From: Pseudobdellovibrionaceae bacterium
Lineage (GTDB): Bacteria; Bdellovibrionota; Bdellovibrionia; Bdellovibrionales; Bdellovibrionaceae
Length of the DNA stretch: 20,072 bases
Direction: 5' to 3'
Assembly (NCBI GenBank): GCA_041288045.1
Contig: JBGGMM010000213.1
Location: 1 to 20,072, forward strand
Shown in pieces: positions 8,417-15,154 of this stretch; the stretch's first letter is position 1; each line of letters begins with the position of its first letter. The notes beneath the pieces were generated by a model. The model worked only from the letters and a program-made list of their open reading frames with translations, had not been told where the DNA came from and ran no database searches. Made by a program: the position numbers and the translations under genes.

Positions 8417-9889
8417 GTGAGCACCCGCTGGGGTCTCTTTGCTTTTTTTCTCATTTTTCTTTTTTTCCCCTATGGAATACTGCTGAGCAAATTCTCTTTA
8501 GCTCTTCAGTTGGATGTGCCCGAGCTTTGGTGGGCCTTTAAAAATTCGACCCTACAAGCATTGATGAGCTCGGTCGGCTCTTTTTTTGCGGGCTTGTTTT
8601 TGCTGCTTGGTTTTTTTCAAGTGCAAAGAGCTTCTTTTTATCGGCTCTGGATGACTCGTCCCCTTGAAGTTCTTTTATTGCTGCCAAATTTTCTGCCTCC
8701 GCTTTTTATTCTTTTGGTTCTGCTTTCTCTTGTTCAGCCTTTTCCGACTGGAATTCCAGGAGTGGTCCTTGTCCACATCATGATGAACGCCGGGCTTGTG
8801 GCGCTTTTGCTGAAGAGCTTGATTGAAAATAAATTACGTCCTCTGGTTGAGGCAGCTTACATGGAAGGAAGCGGCCAGTGGCGATTTTTCCAGGCGTCCT
8901 TCGGAATGCTTCGCAGGGATTTGTTTGCGATTTTTCTTTTTGTTTTTATCCTCTGCTTTTGCAGTTTCTCGGTTCCATTGATTGCTGGTGGTGGAAAAGC
9001 GACAACATTAGAAATTTTAATTTACGAAAAAATCCGGATTTCGGGAGCTTGGGGTGAAGCCTTATCGCTGTCGTTTATTCAAATGCTTTTGATCCTTTTG
9101 CTTTCTTCAGTGCCTTTCCAAGCTAGAAAAAATTTGTTCAGTTCGCAAAACCCTTTACCCATGCTCAAAAGCAGGGTTGGTATGGTTCTGCTTTTTCTTT
9201 ATTGCTTTGGTTTGATTTTTTATTTCCTTTCTCAAAGTTTAAAAGGTTGGCTTCAGGTTTTTGCGGTTCAGGGACTTTGGCAAGCGGCTTTGGAGCTTTT
9301 GCCCTTCAGTCTTATGTTCGGTCTCTCGGTAGGGGGCCTCGTCGCCTTCTTGCTTTTGTTGACGGCGTGGGGAGCTCCCGATGAAAAACTTCATCGCTTG
9401 ATTTCAGGAATGGTGTCCCCTAGTACGGCGCTGATGGGTTTTTCCCTTTTATTTTTTATTTCCAATGAAAGCCCGTGGGTAGAAATTAAATGGGCGCTGG
9501 GATTTGCTTATTTGATTTTTTCAACTCTTTATCGTTGGGGTTGGGATCAAAAACTTTCCGGCCTGCGAGACCAGATCCAAGTAGCAAATCTTTTGGGAGC
9601 TTCTCGGCATTTGATTTTCACCGACATTCTTTTGCCTCAGCTTTTGAACCCCTTGGCATGGATTGCCAGCGTTGCCAGTCTTTGGGCTCTTGGTGATTTT
9701 GCTCTGGGAAAGATTGTGATGGGCCGGGATGCGAGCTTGTCACTGCTGATTGAAACTTTAATGTCGAGCTATCGTTTGCCAGCTGCCCATGCTTTAATGG
9801 GCCTGCTCTTGGTGATGGGCTGTCTGTGTTTTCTATTTTTTTGGGGAATTGCTTATGTCAGTCGTCGAGCACTTGCAGAAAAAATATGA
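8417..9889 (+). CDS. thiP: ABC transporter permease (ThiP-like, two TM modules)
   Basis: Highly hydrophobic, with EAA loop EAAYMEG and FCSFSVPLIAGGGKATTLEILIY. Abuts thiB. Confidence 0.8.
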   Translation: MSTRWGLFAFFLIFLFFPYGILLSKFSLALQLDVPELWWAFKNSTLQALMSSVGSFFAGLFLLLGFFQVQRASFYRLWMTRPLEVLLLLPNFLPPLFILLVLLSLVQPFPTGIPGVVLVHIMMNAGLVALLLKSLIENKLRPLVEAAYMEGSGQWRFFQASFGMLRRDLFAIFLFVFILCFCSFSVPLIAGGGKATTLEILIYEKIRISGAWGEALSLSFIQMLLILLLSSVPFQARKNLFSSQNPLPMLKSRVGMVLLFLYCFGLIFYFLSQSLKGWLQVFAVQGLWQAALELLPFSLMFGLSVGGLVAFLLLLTAWGAPDEKLHRLISGMVSPSTALMGFSLLFFISNESPWVEIKWALGFAYLIFSTLYRWGWDQKLSGLRDQIQVANLLGASRHLIFTDILLPQLLNPLAWIASVASLWALGDFALGKIVMGRDASLSLLIETLMSSYRLPAAHALMGLLLVMGCLCFLFFWGIAYVSRRALAEKI

Positions 9890-10493
9890 TGGCTTTGAAA
9901 TCGAGATTCCTCGATTGGAAATTCTCGACGAAGGAGTTACCGCCCTGTGGGGTTCTTCGGGTTCAGGCAAAACTTCGATTTTGAGAATTCTTCTGGGTCT
10001 TGAGAATTGTCCCGGAATGAAGTGGCGGTGGGGGAGTGAGGATCTCGCTCAGGTGTCTCCGCCGAATCGACGCATTGGAGTCGTTTTTCAAACTCTGGAT
10101 CTTTTTCCGCATCTGACGGCTCGACAAAATATTTTATTTCCAGTGAAAGCGAGGAAGATCCCTGATCTGCAGGCCAATGAGCGATTTGAAAAACTTCAAA
10201 GCGTTCTTCGCTTGGAAAGCTTTTTAGATCGACGAGCTGAGCTTCTTTCTGGCGGAGAAAAACAGCGAGTGGCTTTGGCTCGGGCTTTGATGTCCTTCCC
10301 GCGAATTTTATTTCTGGATGAGCCTTTCTCGGCTTTGGATGAAGCATTGAAATCGGAGGCTCGTCAGTTTTTAAAAACTCTTTTGCAAGAGACGAAAACT
10401 CCGGCCCTTTTGATCACTCATGACGAGCGGGATCTGGAAAAGCTCGCGGCTCAAGTCGTGAGGATCCAGCAAGGGCGGGTTCTCCCGGCCTGA
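9855..10493 (+). CDS. thiQ: ABC transporter ATP-binding protein (ThiQ-like by context)
   Basis: Walker A GSSGSGKT, signature LSGGEKQR, Walker B LFLDEPFSALD, ITHD. Confidence 0.8.
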   Translation: MSVVEHLQKKYDGFEIEIPRLEILDEGVTALWGSSGSGKTSILRILLGLENCPGMKWRWGSEDLAQVSPPNRRIGVVFQTLDLFPHLTARQNILFPVKARKIPDLQANERFEKLQSVLRLESFLDRRAELLSGGEKQRVALARALMSFPRILFLDEPFSALDEALKSEARQFLKTLLQETKTPALLITHDERDLEKLAAQVVRIQQGRVLPA

Positions 10494-10555
10494 TCTCAGC
10501 CTGAGATTTTCAGCCTCAAAAGTTCGCCTCAAATTTAGAAAATGTTGAATGATCC

Positions 10556-10582
10556 TCAAGTTTTGATGCAATGCGTCGAAGA
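10556..10582 (+). promoter_or_regulatory. Sigma-28 (FliA)-type promoter of flagellin 1
   Basis: TCAAGTTT-N11-GTCGAAGA versus consensus TAAAGTTT-N11-GCCGATAA. Confidence 0.7.
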
Positions 10583-10669
10583 GTGGGGTGACTACTGAAC
10601 GAGGACTTTTGCGTATCTGTGCTAGCGACCTTCGTCTTGTCTCATGTCGGGACAGAAGGGGTGCTGAAA

Positions 10670-11497
10670 ATGGGTTTACGTATCAACACGAATCTGGCGA
10701 GCCTAGCCGCTCAACGCCAGATCAGTTTGTCGCAAAGGCAAGCTGAAGGAACAATGAAAGCTCTCGCGAGCGGAAATCGGTTCGCCAACCGGAGTGAAAG
10801 CTCGGCGGATTTCTCTATCGCTGAACATCTCCGTGGACAGATTGCGGGTATTAAATCCGGCAAGATGAATGCCGAGAACGCGCAATCATTTATTCAAGTC
10901 GCAGAGGGCGGGCTGAACGAACAAAACAATCTTTTGATTCGCATGCGTGAATTGGCTGTGCAAGCCGCAAGCGATACTTTCTCTGATCAAGAGAGAGAGT
11001 TCCTCAACTCGGAATTTGAGCAGCTCCAACAAGAGGTGGATCGCATTGCGCTCACCACTCAATTCGGAAGTCAGAAGCTTCTCGCTGGGGAATCGCGAGA
11101 GTATGATTTCCACGTCGGTGCCTATGGGGGCGCTGAGAATATTATCAAATACAAATCAGAGACAAATACCAGGGCGGGCGAACTGGGCGTTGATGGCTTA
11201 ACAGTCAGTGATAAGTCAGACGCCAGGGATTCTTTGGAATCCATCGACGAAGCACTCACTAAGATCGCTTCGGCCCGATCCGGTTTCGGTGCCATTGATG
11301 CTCGATTGAATTCAGCTGTGAACAGCTCAGGAGTCATGGTTGAAAACTTGGAAGCGGCCAGATCAAGAATCGCCGACACCGACATCGCACAAGCGGTGAG
11401 CGATTTCTACCGCAACCAAGCCATGCAACAATACCAAGTCTCGGTCCTCAATGAAGCCAACCGCTTCCCAGGCTCCGTCATCCGCCTCATCGGTTGA
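10670..11497 (+). CDS. fliC: Flagellin 1 (divergent, 275 aa)
   Basis: MGLRINTN start, IQVAEGGLNE, RMRELAVQAASDT, NLEAARSRIADTD. Confidence 0.93.
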   Translation: MGLRINTNLASLAAQRQISLSQRQAEGTMKALASGNRFANRSESSADFSIAEHLRGQIAGIKSGKMNAENAQSFIQVAEGGLNEQNNLLIRMRELAVQAASDTFSDQEREFLNSEFEQLQQEVDRIALTTQFGSQKLLAGESREYDFHVGAYGGAENIIKYKSETNTRAGELGVDGLTVSDKSDARDSLESIDEALTKIASARSGFGAIDARLNSAVNSSGVMVENLEAARSRIADTDIAQAVSDFYRNQAMQQYQVSVLNEANRFPGSVIRLIG

Positions 11498-11498
11498 G

Positions 11499-11523
11499 GG
11501 GTGCCTTTCTCTTTTTCCTTCAC
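11499..11523 (+). repeat. 25-bp REP-like repeat, copy 1
   Basis: GGGTGCCTTTCTCTTTTTCCTTCAC, identical to 12978-13002. Confidence 0.9.
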
Positions 11524-11537
11524 CCGACGTGTCATTT

Positions 11538-11569
11538 AAAGTGCCTGCTGGATCCCGGCAGGCACTTTT
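11538..11569 (+). terminator. Intrinsic terminator after flagellin 1
   Basis: AAAGTGCCTGC...GCAGGCACTTTT hairpin with a T-tail. Confidence 0.8.
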
Positions 11570-11718
11570 CGTTTGGAGAGGTCCAGTCTCGATCGGACCA
11601 TGGTCTAGGCAAAACTGAGACAAACTAGACCTTGGTCGAAAATATTTTTTTTGGAAATTTCCTTTATTAAATCCGATACAAGACGCGCTGCGCAATAACT
11701 TCTACTGGACCTAAGTCC

Positions 11719-11745
11719 TTTAGTTTCCTGGACCTTCGCCGAGAA
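11719..11745 (+). promoter_or_regulatory. Sigma-28-type promoter of flagellin 2
   Basis: TTTAGTTT-N11-GCCGAGAA. Confidence 0.7.
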
Positions 11746-11948
11746 GTTACATGAACACGTTGGAGCAACCCGACAGAAAGCCAAAGGACCTCGTTCAGTA
11801 GTCAGTTCGAGAATCCTGAAAGCCCAAAGCGGCTCAAGTTCCTGGTTAAAGAGAGTCACCTCTTTGGCCTGGGGACCCACTCCAGCAAACAACAATGTTT
11901 TTCAAAAGGAAAAAACAACACAAACAGTGCGTTTGTAGGAGGAACTAT

Positions 11949-12776
11949 ATGGGCTTAAGAATTTCGACGAACATGCCGTCGATCTCAGCACAACGGGTGC
12001 TGCAGACTCAACAACGGCGAATGGAATCTGCGACTCAAAAATTGGCTTCCGGAAGCAGAATTGTGCAAGCTGCTGACGATGCCGCAGGTCTGGCGATTTC
12101 AGAATCTTTGAAAGGTCAGATTAGAGGTATTGCGCAGGCACGTAACAACGCCTTCAACGCTGGATCGGCGATCCAGGTTTCTGAAGGTGGATTGAATGAA
12201 ATCAATAACATCCTGGTTCGATTGCGCGAATTAGGAATCCAATCAGCATCCGATAATATCGGTCAGAAAGAGCGAATGTTCCTTGAAGAGGAATCTCAGC
12301 AGCTCTTGGCAGAAGCGAATCGTATCGCCTTGACCACTCGGTTTGGTGATAAGCTTTTGCTTGATGGTTCTGGTGGAGAACAAGAATTCCACGTCGGTGC
12401 TTTCGCTGGCGAAGAGAACGTGATCCGTTACACTCTTTCGACAGATGCTCGAGCTTCCGAATTGGGAATTGATAGCATTGACATGTCAGAAAAATCTTCG
12501 GCTCGTGATGCCCTTGGCATCGTCGACGGAGCTCTTGATAAAATCGGTCAGATGCGAGCGAACTTTGGTTCGATCCAAAGCCGACTGAACTCCACAGTTT
12601 CCAACTTGGATATTCAGTATGAAAACTTGAGTGCTGCGAACTCTCGAATCAGAGACACAGACGTTGCGAAAGAAACTGCTGAGATTGCTTCAGCGTCGAT
12701 CTTGCAACAGGCAGCGGTCGGAGTTTTGGCTCAAGCCAACACTTTCCCTGGTGTCGCGCTCAAACTGATCGGGTAA
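11949..12776 (+). CDS. fliC: Flagellin 2 (275 aa)
   Basis: MGLRISTN, SGSRIVQAADDAAGLAISE, NLSAANSRIRDTDVA, VLAQAN. SD AGGAGG. Confidence 0.96.
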   Translation: MGLRISTNMPSISAQRVLQTQQRRMESATQKLASGSRIVQAADDAAGLAISESLKGQIRGIAQARNNAFNAGSAIQVSEGGLNEINNILVRLRELGIQSASDNIGQKERMFLEEESQQLLAEANRIALTTRFGDKLLLDGSGGEQEFHVGAFAGEENVIRYTLSTDARASELGIDSIDMSEKSSARDALGIVDGALDKIGQMRANFGSIQSRLNSTVSNLDIQYENLSAANSRIRDTDVAKETAEIASASILQQAAVGVLAQANTFPGVALKLIG

Positions 12777-12878
12777 TCGAAAAACCACTGATGGGCCCTG
12801 GAACTTTCCAGGGTCCACTCTTGAAGTGGAAAATCGAATCCATTTTATACTTTGATCATCGATTTCCGACTTGAAGAG

Positions 12879-12976
12879 ATCGTGAACCATTTAAGGATTT
12901 TGAGGAGTCGATCAGCACAGATACGAAATTCCTCATTAAGCCCGCCCTTGGGAGATTCCCTCCCAAGGGTTTTTTT
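12879..12976 (+). ncRNA. Candidate sRNA or 3'-UTR-derived RNA antisense to the flagellin-1 leader
   Basis: Weak sigma-28-like promoter (12846-12872), a hairpin whose loop carries most of a 12-nt perfect complement to 10612-10623, and a strong terminator. Confidence 0.45.
12944..12976 (+). terminator. Intrinsic terminator
   Basis: CCCTTGGGAG / attcc / CTCCCAAGGG followed by T7. Confidence 0.88.
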
Positions 12977-12977
12977 A

Positions 12978-13002
12978 GGGTGCCTTTCTCTTTTTCCTTC
13001 AC
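12978..13002 (+). repeat. 25-bp REP-like repeat, copy 2
   Basis: GGGTGCCTTTCTCTTTTTCCTTCAC, 8 bp from the RAYT stop codon. Confidence 0.9.
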
Positions 13003-13010
13003 TCGGCGCA

Positions 13011-13646
13011 TTAAAGCCGCCGCTTTTCCAACTCAGCTTCGCAGTTGCGATTTTTATCTTTGGCCAGTTTGAACTCTCCTTTTCTGAGAGCCTTTCCAAC
13101 AATTTCCCAATCCTGTTTTTCAGTGGCGCTATTGAGCCACTTTAGATTTCCGTCCATATCTTCCATCAGTGGATCCTCCTCAACGGGAATCACTAATTTC
13201 TTTTTTCCCACCAATCCGTGAAGAGTCGAGTAGGGATAACTTTCAGTGTGATGGACGCTGCCGACCTCGACCGGATTTCGGTACACGTATTTGTAGGCAT
13301 GCATGTAGTAGTGATAGGACGTGATCAAGCATTTGAAATTGCGCTGACCGTAGATCCGATTTTTGCGACCGGTTCGCCGGCCGATCTCTCGACTTGTTTC
13401 TGTCATGAGCCACCTCATTGCTTTTCCAAGTGTTCCAGTTGAGTCCGTTAAAATCAGATGAAAGTGATTGGTCATCAAAACGAAGCAATGGATTTTGATT
13501 CCATACGCGTGATGGATGAAGAAGAGTTGTTCTTCGAAAATTTCCCAGACTTCACCTAGGTCCAGTTCGAACCACTCTCGATTATTTGTCCGGGCTGTGA
13601 CGTGGTACGGACAGTCTGTTCTGTGGGCTGGGATTTTTCGCGACAT
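13011..13646 (-). mobile_element. REP-associated tyrosine transposase (RAYT, Y1/HUH family)
   Basis: YHVTARTNNR, HUH motif VLMTNHFHLI, catalytic YVYRNPV, YPYST. SD GAGGTG precedes ATG at 13646. Flanked by inverted 25-bp repeats. Confidence 0.88.
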
Positions 13647-13690
13647 GATCACCTCGTCTGCAGACTTCTCCAAATTTCATGCTGAGGTGT

Positions 13691-13715
13691 GTGAAGCAAA
13701 AAGAGAAAGGCACCC
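13691..13715 (-). repeat. 25-bp REP-like repeat, copy 3 (inverted, 1 mismatch)
   Basis: GTGAAGCAAAAAGAGAAAGGCACCC. Confidence 0.88.
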
Positions 13716-13867
13716 TCTATTAAAGTCGGGGTCTGGCTGGACTGGATCTTTGGAGGACCTGGGGATTTTGGTCCTGATTTCCAGACTGAGGTCTAGTTCA
13801 TGCTGAGATTTTCTGCGACGAAGGTCTAGTTCGCACTGGACCCTGGTCCAGTTTCGCTGGACTCGAC

Positions 13868-13894
13868 TAAAGACTCCCTCGACCTCGCCGAAAG
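13868..13894 (+). promoter_or_regulatory. Sigma-28-type promoter of flagellin 3
   Basis: TAAAG at 13868 and GCCGAAAG at 13887-13894, with canonical TAAA-N15-GCCGA spacing. Confidence 0.8.
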
Positions 13895-13900
13895 GTAAGG

Positions 13901-14167
13901 CAAGCAAGTAGATCGAAAGTCGAAAGACGGATCGAGAGAATGTTCGGGTGTGACTGCCTGAGCAGGATCGTTGAGTGATTGTGAGTGCGAAAGCACCCTC
14001 AGAACTCTGAAGTGATGTCGAGCGATGATTGGTTTACTCCAACGTGTTCAACCCAAGTGGCAAGGAATGCCCACTCTCGAAAATAGCCCAAAGTGGCTAA
14101 GGGGTTCGTGTAGGTTACGAACTCGACGAAAGTCTTGGATGGATTCATCAATTATTGGAGGTCCCTT
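13901..14167 (+). promoter_or_regulatory. Long structured 5' leader of flagellin 3 with CsrA-type sites
   Basis: GAAA tetraloop hairpins (13919-13928, 13985-13996, 14125-14134), GGCA-AGGAA-TGCC hairpin (14059-14071), ATGGA at 14139. Confidence 0.6.
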
Positions 14168-15001
14168 ATGGGAATGAGAATTACAACAAACGTCGCGTCG
14201 ATCAATGCACAAAGAAGCTTGTCGACCACACAAAAAGAGATCAGCAAGAGCTACGCACAGCTCTCTAGTGGATCTCGTATCACCAAAGCTGCTGATGATG
14301 CCGCCGGTTTGGCCATCAGTGAAAACTTGAAATCACAGATCCGATCCTTCACTCAAGCCAGCCGAAATGCGAATGACGGGATCTCGATGGTGCAAGTTGC
14401 AGAAGGTGGACTCGGAGAAATTTCTAACATCCTCACTCGCCTCAGAGAATTGGGTATTCAATCAGCCTCAGACACTGTCGGAGAGCGCGAACGGGGATTT
14501 ATCAACAAAGAGGTCGATCAATTGAAAGCAGAGGCTCAGCGTATTGCCAAAACGACTCGCTTTGGAAGCACCAACCTTCTTGATGGCTCTGGACAGATGT
14601 TCGATATCCAGGTCGGTATTTACAACGATGATTTCGAAGATCGTGTGAGCTTTGATCCGTCTCAGTTAGACGCAACTGCCGCCAACCTCGGAATTGAAGA
14701 TTTGGATTTCAGTCAGAAAGAGGGCGCACAGACCGCACTCTCGGTTTTGGACAATGCTCAAGGCTTGGTTTCCGGTTTCCGCGCCAATATCGGTGCGCTT
14801 CAGAACCGATTCTTCTCAACAGTTGAGAATCTCGGTGTTCAGCATGAGAACTTGTCAGCAGCGAACTCGCGAATCCGTGATGCGGACATCGCGCAGTCCA
14901 CAGCTGAGACCGCTCGAAACTCGATTCTTTTGAATGCTTCCACAAGCGTTCTCGCACAGGCCAACAACAGTCCTCAATTGGCTTTGAAACTGATCGGGTA
15001 A
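14168..15001 (+). CDS. fliC: Flagellin 3 (277 aa)
   Basis: MGMRITTN, LSSGSRITKAADDAAGLAISE, RNANDGISMVQVAEGGL, SRIRDADIA, VLAQAN. SD GGAGG. Confidence 0.97.
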   Translation: MGMRITTNVASINAQRSLSTTQKEISKSYAQLSSGSRITKAADDAAGLAISENLKSQIRSFTQASRNANDGISMVQVAEGGLGEISNILTRLRELGIQSASDTVGERERGFINKEVDQLKAEAQRIAKTTRFGSTNLLDGSGQMFDIQVGIYNDDFEDRVSFDPSQLDATAANLGIEDLDFSQKEGAQTALSVLDNAQGLVSGFRANIGALQNRFFSTVENLGVQHENLSAANSRIRDADIAQSTAETARNSILLNASTSVLAQANNSPQLALKLIG

Positions 15002-15019
15002 TTTGAATTGAATTAAAAA

Positions 15020-15144
15020 CTGGGGGAGTACTTTGTCCCTCAGGTGAGAATCAAAGGAAGGGTCTCCAATCCCTTCCGGTACTACCTACCCAGGGGGGCT
15101 TCGTCTCCCTGGAGTACTTCCGGAAATCGGCTCGAGATCCGGAT
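15020..15144 (+). other. Multi-hairpin structured 3' element after flagellin 3
   Basis: Consecutive stems at 15020-15043, 15056-15077, 15079-15117 and 15119-15143. No U-tract. Confidence 0.55.
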
Positions 15145-15154
15145 TACGCGGTGG

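Noticed and set aside
12830..12875. 7-8 nt complementarities between the flagellin-2 3' region and the flagellin-3 leader (GAATCCAT, ATCATCG)
   Set aside because: Too short to distinguish from chance without covariation data.
13011..13673. IS200/IS605 element with TnpB
   Set aside because: No tnpB is present. The length, motifs and flanking inverted repeats fit a RAYT better.
10501..13813. CTGAGATTTTC shared upstream of flagellin 1 (10501) and flagellin 3 (13803)
   Set aside because: A single 11-mer pair at different distances from the promoters and absent upstream of flagellin 2. Insufficient support.
10619..14167. Longer flagellin starts from the ORF track (10619, 11895, 14135)
   Set aside because: The conserved MG(L/M)RI start with an SD lies at 10670, 11949 and 14168. 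The extensions are leader sequence.
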